This document shows positions 27,273 through 37,728 of a stretch of 64,000 nucleotides of DNA, one piece after another. The stretch comes from a virus. Lineage: Duplodnaviria > Heunggongvirae > Uroviricota > Caudoviricetes. Where the stretch lies: IMG/VR virus record IMGVR_UViG_3300029705_000018, one strand, 5' to 3'. The notes beneath the pieces were generated by a model. The model did no database searches, was not told the origin of the DNA, and saw only the letters and a list, made by a program, of their open reading frames with translations. The position numbers were made by a program, and so were the translations under genes. Each line of letters begins with the position of its first letter. Within the stretch, counting starts at the first letter, position 1.

Positions 27273-28694
27273 ATGGCTGTAATTAGACAAGATTTTAATG
27301 TCATGTACTTGCCTGCTGCTATTCAGAGAAATAATCCAATTCCTCTGGATAGTACTGCCTTATGGTATGACTATGATTTGATGGCTGCTTATGCAGCTAG
27401 TGATCCTACTGCCTATGTAGGTCAGATTTTAAGCTTGGTTGTTGATGATGTAGCTAATGCTTATATTATTACTAACTTAGCTGGAGATTTAGAAAAAGTT
27501 GGCTCTGCTGTTGTTGCTGATAACAAAACTATTGTTTTGGATAATGGCGCAGTAGCTTTCAAAGATTTTGGTAAGCGTTATTATAAATATGACGCAGAAA
27601 CCGAAGAATATACTTTACAGGAAGTTGATGAAAACCATCCTTGGATTGCTGGTCTAGAACCAAAAGTAACTAGTGAAGCCGGTCAATTGGTATTAGGTTG
27701 GTTTGAGCCAAATTCAACTACATTGGAAGGTGTAAATAGTTCTTTAAGCACTTTACAGACTTCTGTAAGTGATTTACAGGGTACTGTTGAGAGCTTGGGT
27801 ATCCAGGTTTCTTTGAATGAGAAGGCTTTAGAGAATGTTTATACTAAAGAAGAGACCTTAGCTGAAATTGCTAAGGCTGGACATCTAGTATATAAAAAAG
27901 TTGATAGTTTAGATGACATTCAGGCGGATATTGATAATGAAGATGCTAATGTTTCTAATACTATTTACTTAGTTCCTGTTTTAGAAGGCTTAGTAAATGA
28001 CGTATATGATGAATATATGGTTATTGATGGTGGGATTGAAAGATTAGGTTCTTGGGAAGTTAATCTTGATAATTATGCCACCAAGGATGATCTTGATGGA
28101 AAAGTTGATAAAGTTGATGGCTATGGACTAATGTCTACAGCTCAGACTGCTAAATTAGCTACCATTGAAGAAGGCGCTCAAAAGAACGTTATCAATGAAG
28201 TTAGTGATGAGTTTGAAATTACTGATGGTAAGTTAAAACTTATCAGCTTACCTGATACTGCTAATATTGCAAATCATACAACTATTTTATCTTTACAGTC
28301 TGGTATTGACTCTAAAGTCACTATTGTCCCAGGCAAGAGCTTAGTTGATGATACTCTAATTGCAAAGTTAGAGGCAATGAATGCAGAGGGCGAGAAAAAT
28401 GTTATCAATGCGGTTGATGAAAATGAATTAGCAATTGATGAAAACCGCACTTTATCTATTGTTTCCGTAAGTGGTTCTAAGATTGCTGAATTGGATTTAA
28501 ATGAAGATTTTAAGAATTTGTCTAATAATGTAGATAGTTTATCTACTGACTTAGCTGCTTTAAATGCTTCTTTACAATCTTTGGATACAACTTTAACTGC
28601 TTATAAGATTGAAGTTTCTCAAACTTATTTAACTAAGTCTGAGTTTGAGGATCGTTTTGCTTGGCATGAGTTATCTGACTTTGTCACTACTTAA
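27273..28694 (+). CDS. Tail fibre or coiled-coil structural protein, 473 aa. No TAG.
   Basis: Intact ORF. RBS AAGGAGG. Confidence 0.7.
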   Translation: MAVIRQDFNVMYLPAAIQRNNPIPLDSTALWYDYDLMAAYAASDPTAYVGQILSLVVDDVANAYIITNLAGDLEKVGSAVVADNKTIVLDNGAVAFKDFGKRYYKYDAETEEYTLQEVDENHPWIAGLEPKVTSEAGQLVLGWFEPNSTTLEGVNSSLSTLQTSVSDLQGTVESLGIQVSLNEKALENVYTKEETLAEIAKAGHLVYKKVDSLDDIQADIDNEDANVSNTIYLVPVLEGLVNDVYDEYMVIDGGIERLGSWEVNLDNYATKDDLDGKVDKVDGYGLMSTAQTAKLATIEEGAQKNVINEVSDEFEITDGKLKLISLPDTANIANHTTILSLQSGIDSKVTIVPGKSLVDDTLIAKLEAMNAEGEKNVINAVDENELAIDENRTLSIVSVSGSKIAELDLNEDFKNLSNNVDSLSTDLAALNASLQSLDTTLTAYKIEVSQTYLTKSEFEDRFAWHELSDFVTT

Positions 28695-28714
28695 TATAAG
28701 GAGGATTACTAATA

Positions 28715-30844
28715 ATGGCTGATGAAAAATTAAGTTTATTATTTAGAAGAGGTACAATCGACCAGATTTTAGCTGGCGATAATATTGTTCCTGGTGCCGT
28801 TTCTTTCTGTACTGATGAGCCTGGTATTTATCTAGATTTAACTACTGATGAAGGCGGCGGTGTTGCTAAGAGAGTCCGTGTCGGTGATTTCATCTCTGTT
28901 GCTAGCTTTGACGATATCAAGGCTGCTGCCGCAGCTGCTACAGATCCTGACAAAGCTTTCTCTGAGCATTGCTTATACTACTCTATCCAAGAGAATGCTT
29001 TGATGAAGTACAAGAAGAGCGAAAAGACTTTTGTACTTATCAATGATTTAAGTGATGTAAATGCTGATATTGCGGCCCTTGATGTTAGAATTACTACTAA
29101 TGAGGGCTATATTAAGACCTTGCAAACTAATTTAGCTACTGAGACTACTCGTGCTACTAACGCTGAAGCCGCCCTAAGAAATCGTATTGATGCTTTAACT
29201 GGCGGTGGAGATGGCTCTACTGATTCTTTAACCCAATTAAGAGCAGATTTAAATGCTGAAATTGAGGCTAGAGAAGATGGCGATGAGGCTTTACAAGGCA
29301 GTATTACCACTCTAAGTGGACGTGTTAGTACCAATGAGGGTGATATCTCTAACTTAAAGACTTTGTTTGGTCAATTACCAGATGGAGTTGCTACTAACAT
29401 TGTTGATTATGTAAATGCTAAGGTTCTTGCAGAGCAGGAACGTGCAACTGGTATTGAAAATGGCTTACGTACCGATGTAGATAAGAATACTGGTAATATC
29501 AGTACCTTAACAACTGGTTTGACTGATGAAGCTGCTCGTGCTAAGGCTGCTGAGCAAGCTAATGCGACTGCTGCTGCTAATGCTCAGTCTAAGGCTGATG
29601 AAGCTGCCACAGCTGCCGCCAATGAAGCTTCTCGTGCTATTGGAGTTGAAGGCAAGTTAAGAACACTTATTACTAACCTAACTAATACTCACACTACTGA
29701 TAAGAATGCTTTAGAGCAGTCTATTACTGGTTTAACTAGTAGCTTAGCTGCCACTACTGGTATTGCTAACGATGCTAAGACTCAGTCTGACACTAATAAA
29801 GCTGGTTTAGCTCAAGAATTGGTAGACCGTGCCACTGGCGATCAAGCTAATGCTGATGCTATTGAAGCCTTGGATGGCGAATTGGCCGAAGAAGTCGAAA
29901 GACTGGAAGGTTTGATTGGTGAGGCTGGCTCTAGTGCTGATGCTGTTCGGTTGAATTTGAATAAAGAAATTGCAGACCGTCAAGCAGCTGATCAGGCTAA
30001 TGCTCAAGCTATCGCTAATGTCGATACTGCTTTAGAACAGGAAAAGACAGCTCGTACTAATGCCGATACTGAGTTAGACGGAAAGATTACTACTGTTTCT
30101 AATGGTTTGGCTGCAACTGATGGTAAAGTTTCTACTTTAGAAAATTGGAAGACAACTGCTTCAAAACAAATTAAAGATTTAGAGGATTGGGCAACTGATA
30201 CTGATGACACAATTCAGCAGGAAGCTCAAGCCCGTCAGACTGCTATCAATAATTTAAACAATGCTTTGACTTCTGAAACTGAGGCTCGTGAGAAGAGAGA
30301 CGAAGAGTTAACTAATTTAATTAGTGCTGAAACCAAGGATCGTGAAGATGCTATTGCCGATGCTTTAACTCAGGCTGCTAATACTGCTGACGAAAAAGAC
30401 CAGGCTTTGCTAGATCTGATTAATGAGAATATGGCTGCCGCAAACTCCATGTCCTTCAAGGGTAGCGTAACCGGTTATGACAGCTTACCTGCTTCTGGAA
30501 TCCAGGCTGGTGACACTTACGTTGTAACTACTGCTTTTAGTAACGCTGAAACTGAGCCTCAGATTGGTGACTTATTGGTTGCTAGAGATGATCAGGCAGA
30601 CGGTGCTACTTTAGCTGATGCTAATGCTAAGAAGGATTTCTTCATCTGGGTTAAGACTGGTTATTCTACTTTCAATGATCCTGAATTGGTTGTTGAAGAT
30701 GCCAAGATCAAGATGAAGAGCCATTTAGGTGAAGTTTTAGGAACTGTTTCTGTTATTTCTGCTAGCGAGAATATTGTAACTAATATTTCTGGCGAAGGAA
30801 AAGACTGCACCGTAAATGTTAGCTTCGTATGGGGAACATTCTAA
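28715..30844 (+). CDS. Ala-rich coiled-coil fibre protein (fibritin or tail-fibre shaft-like), 709 aa. No TAG.
   Basis: Intact ORF. RBS AAGGAGG. A terminator follows at 30908. Confidence 0.7.
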   Translation: MADEKLSLLFRRGTIDQILAGDNIVPGAVSFCTDEPGIYLDLTTDEGGGVAKRVRVGDFISVASFDDIKAAAAAATDPDKAFSEHCLYYSIQENALMKYKKSEKTFVLINDLSDVNADIAALDVRITTNEGYIKTLQTNLATETTRATNAEAALRNRIDALTGGGDGSTDSLTQLRADLNAEIEAREDGDEALQGSITTLSGRVSTNEGDISNLKTLFGQLPDGVATNIVDYVNAKVLAEQERATGIENGLRTDVDKNTGNISTLTTGLTDEAARAKAAEQANATAAANAQSKADEAATAAANEASRAIGVEGKLRTLITNLTNTHTTDKNALEQSITGLTSSLAATTGIANDAKTQSDTNKAGLAQELVDRATGDQANADAIEALDGELAEEVERLEGLIGEAGSSADAVRLNLNKEIADRQAADQANAQAIANVDTALEQEKTARTNADTELDGKITTVSNGLAATDGKVSTLENWKTTASKQIKDLEDWATDTDDTIQQEAQARQTAINNLNNALTSETEAREKRDEELTNLISAETKDREDAIADALTQAANTADEKDQALLDLINENMAAANSMSFKGSVTGYDSLPASGIQAGDTYVVTTAFSNAETEPQIGDLLVARDDQADGATLADANAKKDFFIWVKTGYSTFNDPELVVEDAKIKMKSHLGEVLGTVSVISASENIVTNISGEGKDCTVNVSFVWGTF

Positions 30845-30907
30845 TTCGGACAGAAAAGGACAATAAATAAGTTGTTATTTTCAAATCCTTATGAAGGATG
30901 ATTATAT

Positions 30908-30946
30908 GGAGAGGATAATATAATTATCCTCTCCATTTTTTTTATA
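30908..30946 (+). terminator. Rho-independent terminator
   Basis: ggagaggataatataattatcctctcc followed by attttttttat. Confidence 0.75.
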
Positions 30947-30969
30947 TTTGGATAGAAAGGAGAGCAACA

Positions 30970-33900
30970 ATGGTAGATCAAAAAAATGTTTTACAATCTA
31001 TTGGCGCCCGTGAGACCGGCAATGTTTTTAGACCTGTAAATTGTACTGAGCAAGACATGAAGAGAAAACGTGCTATTCCAGGCTACTTATACTTCACACA
31101 AGATTCTCATAAGATTTATCAAGGCTTAGGCTCTGGTGAATACCAGATGGTCGGCGGCAGTTCTAGTATTTTCTACGGCAAATATCCTATGACCGATGAT
31201 GAAAAATACGGAACTAATGTTTTCTTTACTTTCTCTATGACTGAACATATTGAAGGAGAAAATGTTCCTGCCTTAGATTCTTTGATTTTGAATATACCTG
31301 ATGGCGGTTTTTACAGAGTATTAAATGTTGATGGTGACGCCATTGCTGTAGAAAGACTGGCTATGTCTGGCGGCGGTGGAGATAACACTGGTCCTGGCTC
31401 TAATCAAAAAGGTAATATTACTATTGAATATTACAATGGCGCTGACGTTGATACTAATATCACTATCTTAAATGGTGTTGAGCATTGGATTGAGTTTACT
31501 ATTACTGCAACTGATGAAGTTGGAGATATCTTAACTGAAACTGGTACCGCAAGTTGGGCTATTAATGGTAAGACTTATACTCAATCTGTAACTACTGGCT
31601 ATAATAAATTCAGAGTTGATGAACTTTTACCCATGGCAAAAGATGGTAACTATACTCGTATTAACTTGATGGTCTATATGAATACTGGCGGTATCACTGA
31701 TAACTATGCTAGTAAGCAATGGAATATCCAAAAAGTTGATTTGCGTTTAGAGTGGCCTTTCACTTATTCTGAAGATGAATATCGTAAAGATTCAACCTTT
31801 ACTTTAGTATTCAAACCTTTTGGTGGTATTAATTGTACCGCTCATATTACTTTTGACAATGGTTCTACTCTAGGACAAGATTACTTCGAGGAAGATATTC
31901 CTGCTAATCGCGCAAACGGTAATGAATTTACTACTCAAGCAATGAAGAGTCTGTCTTATGGTGAGCATACTTGTTCTATTTATTTGGATGCCACTATCAA
32001 TGAAGATACTGGAAAGCCAATTACTGTTAGAACACAAGAAATTGTTCATAGAATCACTTTCACCGAAGGTGGTACTTCTACAATTTTAACCGTCCCATTT
32101 GATCAAAAGACTGCTACTCAATATGACACTATTGAGATTCCATTCTTAGTTTATGACCCAGATACAACTGAATGTAGTGTTACTTTCTCTGTTAATGATA
32201 ACGTAATTTCTACTCGTAGCTACAACAGAGATAAGCAATCTATTCCTTACACAATTACCACTCATGGTACTATTAAGTTAGCTTTAGAGTCTACTAATGG
32301 TGATACTAAGAGAGAATTCAATATCACTGTTGAACCTTTGGATTTGAACAGAGAAGAAGTTAGTGGTGCAGCTTTTAGCTTAAAAGCAATTAATTTCTCT
32401 GGTAATGATGAAGTTATTAACTGGGTTGGCGGTAGTGAAACTAAGCCTGTAAGATTGAACTTCTCTGATAATTTTGACTGGCGTAATGGCGGTCTAAAAT
32501 ATGAAGTTCTTGCAGATGGAAGCATTGAAAAGTTTATCTGTGTGCGCCAGGGTACTTGGATGGAAATTGACTATAAGTTATTTGAAAATTTCAAAACTGG
32601 TACTACCGGTGGTAAGAACTTTAAGTTCTGCTTCAAGGCAGCCAACTGTTATGATTATGAAGCTCCAGTTTTAAGCTGTATCCATTATAATTATAACGAA
32701 ATTGAATTGACTGAAGATACTTATAGAACTAATAAGTATTATATCCTTTCTGGCTCTGATTATATTATTTCTAGAAATCCATTTGATGAAACTGCTACTT
32801 ATTTTGAGAAAGTAAGAGTCGCTGAAATTGGTCTAGAATTTGATGCTCAGAAAGCAACTTTCTCTTCTGCTACTTATCCTAATTTCGCAACTCAGTATTG
32901 TGAAAACTCTTATATTGAAGTTGAAACTGAAATTTGGCCCAATGTAGGAGATAGACAGCAAGGTAGTAAAACCGTTTATGGTGATCGCTACTTAATGATT
33001 TGGGTTGATGGTGTTCCTGCAGGTGCTAAGCCTTACAGCCAAAACATGGCTTTACAGCAAAATGATGCTCAAACCATTCGCATTGGTTCTGATTCTTGTG
33101 ACGTCTATGTATATACCGCAAAAGCATATGAACGTAGATTAACAAATGATGAACATTTAAATAACTTCGTTATGGATGCTCCTAGCGTTAATAAGATGCT
33201 AGAGCGCCATCGCCGCAATGATATTATTGACTCCAGTACCGGCGAAATTTCTTATGAGCTTTTGGTGCAGAAAAATCCTGGATGCCATGCTTATTTGTAT
33301 GATATTCCAGAATTAACTACTAATAAAGAAGATAAGATTGATGGCTGTACTTATTATGAGTTGATTAATGAATATGATAATTTAGGTAAGCCATTTATGA
33401 GAGCAGATAAAGTTAGAACTTATGTTCAGGGCACTTCTTCTGCCGCTTATGGTGTTGCCGCATTTAACTTACGTTCTGATTTTACTAAAAAAGGTAAAAT
33501 TTATGATAAGAATGGTAATGAAATCCCTGGATGGAGACCTTCTGATGAAGATGAATATATTGACATTGCTTGTACTAAAGTTAATGTTGCTTCTTGTGAA
33601 AATGCCAATAACGTTGTAAACGCAGAATGGTATAACAGATTCCAGCCTTACTGGGATGCTCACAGAAGAAAAGGTACTCGTTATGACAGTGATGGTAATT
33701 TATTATACAATCCTATGCGTGACTGTATGAAATTCCACTCTGGCGTTGTCTTCTTGAGAGACCACAATACACAATTCAAATATTTAGATGACAATGGAGA
33801 TCCTAAGAGTGAAATCTATTTGGAGTCCAATGCATTTATCAACCCAACTAACCCTGATTGGGAAGCAAAATATGCCGCAGAACCTTATTTTAAGATGTAT

Positions 33901-36900
33901 TCTATCGGCAATATGGGTAATGATAAGAAGAATTTGAATGTTTTCCATGATACTACCAATCCACGTGCGGCCTGTGTCGAAGTTCTAGATAACCAGAACG
34001 CAGAACACTGGATGACTATTTTCAATGAAAAAGCTTTTGAAAAAGAAGTTGTAGGTCAGGACGAAGAAGGTAAAGATATTACCAAGGGTCCATACTATGA
34101 GTTCCGTTATGGTCTTGTAGAAAATGAAGACTTGTTAGAAAATGAGCAGGGCATTACCGTAGAACAACAAGAACAAGATTTCTTGAGACTGGCTGAATGG
34201 TTCGCAATGAATGATCCAAGTCCATATGATGAGTTGTCTCACCCCAATGGATATACTGGTGAAGAATTGCCTGAACCTGTAACCTTTACTGATGATTTTG
34301 TGTTTGAAGGCTTCGATCCTCCTGGATACGAAGGCCAGCCAAATCCAACTGAAATTAGTCTAAAGGGTCAGAAAATTAGTCGTTACAAAGGTACTTATAC
34401 CCACGACACTAAAGATTATCGTATCGCTAAAATGTTGTATGAATGTGAAGATTACTTGGTTATGGATTCTGTTGTATTCCATTATTTGTATATCTCTCGT
34501 CACACCATGGTTGATAACGTTGCTAAGAACACTTTCTGGAGCACCGAAGATGGATTCCACTGGGATCTAACTAAAAACTACGATAATGATACTTCTGATG
34601 GTAATGATAATACTGGTAACTTGACTTATACATATGGTCTAGAAGTCGGTGATATTAACCCCAATGGTAAAGATGTTTTCAATGCTTCTCCTTCCGTATG
34701 GTTGAATTTCATTCATGAATTAAGAGAGGCTCAGCAATATCTATTCCAGGAGTTGAGTAAGAAGGGTGCTTGGGATGCTGATGATTATCTAGCTGAATTT
34801 AAGGCTCACCAAGATATTATTCCCGAAATTTGCTGGATTCAGGACTATGAAAGAAAATATATTCGTCCTAGACGCTTAGGTCTTGATGAAACTACTTTCT
34901 TAAGTCGTCTAGAGGGTGGTCGTAAGACTCACCAGAGAAAGCAATATGAAACTTATCAAGAGTTCTATCTGAACTCTAAATATGTTGCAAGTACTGCTTT
35001 CACAGACAGTGCTGGTATCGAATTCCGTTTCAATAAAGACGGTGATTTCGCATTGCAACCAACTGACGTTCTTCCCATGACTTTCTATATTGATTGTTAT
35101 GGCACTATCCACTTAGGTGGTCAGAAGAGAACTTCTACTCGTATTAAGAGAGGTAATTATTATAATGCCCCTGTCGGTGAATTGATTTCTGCCGCAAGCG
35201 ATGCTACTTGCTATATTTATGGTGCAAGTATGATTCAAACAATTAAAGACTTGTATAAGTTGTATCCTGGTTATGCCAAGATGACTAATGCAAGTAAATT
35301 GCGTGAATTTGAAATCGGTTCTGATATAGAAGGTTATTATAACCCTCGTTTGAGCGAAGTTAGCGTTGGTACTAACGCAATGTTACAAAAATTCCAGGCT
35401 AGAAATGTCGGTAACCCCGAGAATATTTCTATCCTAAGCTTAACTAACGCAACTCAGCTAGAAACTGTTCTAATGAGTGGTAGTGCTTTCAAAGAATTGT
35501 CTTTGGCTCCTAACGCAACTACCAAAGAACTTGAATTAAACCCATTAGCAATCTTCTCTGCAACAAATCTTCTTGATTTGGAAACTGTTAGATTGGATGA
35601 TGGAATTTATGATTCAATTCAGCAGGCTTACATTAATAACTGCCCTGGCTTAGATGTTTACACTTATCGCTTCGCAAAAGCTCCTTCTTTAACTAACTAT
35701 CAATTTACCGATGTAAATTGGGTTATTAATGATGAGACTGAAGATGATTTCGTCTTAGATGCCGATAATAATGTTGTAGCCTTTGCCGCTCTTGAAAACT
35801 TAACTGATAATAATACTGGTCCTAGACTTGGTACTACTACTGTTACTGCTTTAAGCGGTACATTAACAGTTGATAAGGCTTGCGCTATTGATGAATATAA
35901 GATTTACAAAACTTATGCAAAAACTTATCCAAACTTGATTTTCAAGTACACTGATAAAGTTGGTGCTAATTTCAACCCCGCAGTTGAATTAATTTTCTTA
36001 ACCAATGAAAATTCTGAGGAACAATATTACAGAGTATTGGGTAGCGGTGATACCTCTGGAGAAAATGCTCACAGTATTGCTTATCTAACTTCCGCACAAG
36101 GTCCTTTAGGTTTTGCTATTGGTACTCCTCACAAGGAATCTACTTCTTCTCATGATTTTGCATTTACTGGCTATTGGATTCATAAAAAGGATAATGTAAT
36201 TACTAAGTATTACAATACAAAAGATTTGCCAGATGGAGCAGTTCCAGAAGCATCTGCAATCTCCTTTGAAGATATTACTCCAACTGAAAGTATGACATTC
36301 TATCCAGAGTATATTACTACTGATAGAGAGTACAAAGTTCGCTTCTGCGACTGGGCTGGTAATATTATCTTACAGAATGGTGAAGAGTATTGGCCTGTTC
36401 CTTATGGTAAGACTTACGTCGAGGCCGCAGGTCCAATGACTAATTTCCACTATCGTGATAATACAGGTCTACAAGATCATATGAGATGGGCATTCCAAGG
36501 TTGGTCTAAGAACCAATACAAGGATAAGGAAATTAAGAATCCTGTTTATGAAGATTTGGCAACAATGGTAGTTACTAATGATGTGACTTTACATGGTCAC
36601 TATTTAACTGAAGACTGCCGTGATGTCGCTTCTAAATTGGAATATTTCAATTTCAGCGAGCGTGGTAAGATCTCAATCGCTGAGGAATATCGTGAAACTT
36701 TACAAGGTAAAATTACTTTACCTAGTGAATATGATGGTATCCCTCTAACTCAGGTAAAAGACTTTAAGAATATGGCTCGTGTTACTCACGTATTCTTCTT
36801 GAGAACCAATACTTCTTATACAAGTATTTTCCAACAAGCCTTCGAAGGAGCTTTAGCTTTGCAATATGTTGATTTGCCTATTGGAATTACTCATATCGGA

Positions 36901-37440
36901 ACATATGCTTTCAAGAGTATCAAGAGTTTAACTACTGTTGATATGAAATCTAATGTTGAAGAAATTGGTAGCCAGGCATTCTATGAAACCAACATTAACT
37001 TAACTTCTTTACCTGCTAAACTAAAACTTCTAAAGTCTGGTGCATTCATGGATTGTCGTGAATTGACTTTGTCTGCTTTACCAGCTTCTTTAGAGACTAT
37101 CGAAAGCCACGTATTTTTCTTATGTCCTAAGATTAGTATTAATCAATTGGGTGGCGGTGACGCTAAATTGAGTTATATCGGTATGCAAGCTTTTGGCGGC
37201 GGTTCTGGCGCTAATGGCACTGTTACTGATATTTACTTCGGCTCAACGGTTAACTTCATTGGTGAAAACGCCTTCAAGGGATATGGTAAAAATGGTCGTG
37301 TAAGTACTATTAGCTTTGCTAAACAAAGTGTTGAAGATTATCTAATGACTGATACAGCCTACCATACTAGTATTTCTACTATGGGATTTGATAATCCTCC
37401 TTACACTGAAGTTTGGGATTGGAAAGGAGAAGGTTCTTAA
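30970..37440 (+). CDS. Giant 2,156-aa tail-associated or adhesin protein with a C-terminal BspA-type leucine-rich-repeat region (...IGSQAFYETNINLTSLP...). No TAG.
   Basis: Single uninterrupted ORF. RBS GAAAGGAGAG. Confidence 0.8.
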   Translation: MVDQKNVLQSIGARETGNVFRPVNCTEQDMKRKRAIPGYLYFTQDSHKIYQGLGSGEYQMVGGSSSIFYGKYPMTDDEKYGTNVFFTFSMTEHIEGENVPALDSLILNIPDGGFYRVLNVDGDAIAVERLAMSGGGGDNTGPGSNQKGNITIEYYNGADVDTNITILNGVEHWIEFTITATDEVGDILTETGTASWAINGKTYTQSVTTGYNKFRVDELLPMAKDGNYTRINLMVYMNTGGITDNYASKQWNIQKVDLRLEWPFTYSEDEYRKDSTFTLVFKPFGGINCTAHITFDNGSTLGQDYFEEDIPANRANGNEFTTQAMKSLSYGEHTCSIYLDATINEDTGKPITVRTQEIVHRITFTEGGTSTILTVPFDQKTATQYDTIEIPFLVYDPDTTECSVTFSVNDNVISTRSYNRDKQSIPYTITTHGTIKLALESTNGDTKREFNITVEPLDLNREEVSGAAFSLKAINFSGNDEVINWVGGSETKPVRLNFSDNFDWRNGGLKYEVLADGSIEKFICVRQGTWMEIDYKLFENFKTGTTGGKNFKFCFKAANCYDYEAPVLSCIHYNYNEIELTEDTYRTNKYYILSGSDYIISRNPFDETATYFEKVRVAEIGLEFDAQKATFSSATYPNFATQYCENSYIEVETEIWPNVGDRQQGSKTVYGDRYLMIWVDGVPAGAKPYSQNMALQQNDAQTIRIGSDSCDVYVYTAKAYERRLTNDEHLNNFVMDAPSVNKMLERHRRNDIIDSSTGEISYELLVQKNPGCHAYLYDIPELTTNKEDKIDGCTYYELINEYDNLGKPFMRADKVRTYVQGTSSAAYGVAAFNLRSDFTKKGKIYDKNGNEIPGWRPSDEDEYIDIACTKVNVASCENANNVVNAEWYNRFQPYWDAHRRKGTRYDSDGNLLYNPMRDCMKFHSGVVFLRDHNTQFKYLDDNGDPKSEIYLESNAFINPTNPDWEAKYAAEPYFKMYSIGNMGNDKKNLNVFHDTTNPRAACVEVLDNQNAEHWMTIFNEKAFEKEVVGQDEEGKDITKGPYYEFRYGLVENEDLLENEQGITVEQQEQDFLRLAEWFAMNDPSPYDELSHPNGYTGEELPEPVTFTDDFVFEGFDPPGYEGQPNPTEISLKGQKISRYKGTYTHDTKDYRIAKMLYECEDYLVMDSVVFHYLYISRHTMVDNVAKNTFWSTEDGFHWDLTKNYDNDTSDGNDNTGNLTYTYGLEVGDINPNGKDVFNASPSVWLNFIHELREAQQYLFQELSKKGAWDADDYLAEFKAHQDIIPEICWIQDYERKYIRPRRLGLDETTFLSRLEGGRKTHQRKQYETYQEFYLNSKYVASTAFTDSAGIEFRFNKDGDFALQPTDVLPMTFYIDCYGTIHLGGQKRTSTRIKRGNYYNAPVGELISAASDATCYIYGASMIQTIKDLYKLYPGYAKMTNASKLREFEIGSDIEGYYNPRLSEVSVGTNAMLQKFQARNVGNPENISILSLTNATQLETVLMSGSAFKELSLAPNATTKELELNPLAIFSATNLLDLETVRLDDGIYDSIQQAYINNCPGLDVYTYRFAKAPSLTNYQFTDVNWVINDETEDDFVLDADNNVVAFAALENLTDNNTGPRLGTTTVTALSGTLTVDKACAIDEYKIYKTYAKTYPNLIFKYTDKVGANFNPAVELIFLTNENSEEQYYRVLGSGDTSGENAHSIAYLTSAQGPLGFAIGTPHKESTSSHDFAFTGYWIHKKDNVITKYYNTKDLPDGAVPEASAISFEDITPTESMTFYPEYITTDREYKVRFCDWAGNIILQNGEEYWPVPYGKTYVEAAGPMTNFHYRDNTGLQDHMRWAFQGWSKNQYKDKEIKNPVYEDLATMVVTNDVTLHGHYLTEDCRDVASKLEYFNFSERGKISIAEEYRETLQGKITLPSEYDGIPLTQVKDFKNMARVTHVFFLRTNTSYTSIFQQAFEGALALQYVDLPIGITHIGTYAFKSIKSLTTVDMKSNVEEIGSQAFYETNINLTSLPAKLKLLKSGAFMDCRELTLSALPASLETIESHVFFLCPKISINQLGGGDAKLSYIGMQAFGGGSGANGTVTDIYFGSTVNFIGENAFKGYGKNGRVSTISFAKQSVEDYLMTDTAYHTSISTMGFDNPPYTEVWDWKGEGS

Positions 37441-37652
37441 TGACTAAAGATAGAAAATACAGATACCTTGGCCGCAATGGTATTTTAGATACTAAGGTCC
37501 TTCTAGATGGTATCAATCATATCAATATCGTAACTATCAATGCTGATCCCGGCAAGATTTTAACTAATGGTGAGCGTACTCAGTACAGCGTCACTGTTGA
37601 AGAGGCCGAGGAACATAAGTGGAGAGAAATTACGGACAATACCAAAAAATAA
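37440..37652 (+). CDS. Small hypothetical protein of about 70 aa
   Basis: ATG overlaps the upstream TAA (TAATG). ORF-track entry 37413..37652. Confidence 0.45.
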   Translation: MTKDRKYRYLGRNGILDTKVLLDGINHINIVTINADPGKILTNGERTQYSVTVEEAEEHKWREITDNTKK

Positions 37653-37728
37653 GGTTATTTGATTTTTCAGTTCTAGGGAAGGGAAATTCCTTCCCTAGAA
37701 CAATATTATAAAGAAAGGAAGATATAAC

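Noticed and set aside
37660-37700. Hairpin gttctagggaagggaaattccttccctagaac after gene 37440, considered as a terminator
   Set aside because: The stem is perfect but there is no following T-tract. It may be an RNA structure or protein-binding palindrome and is not called.
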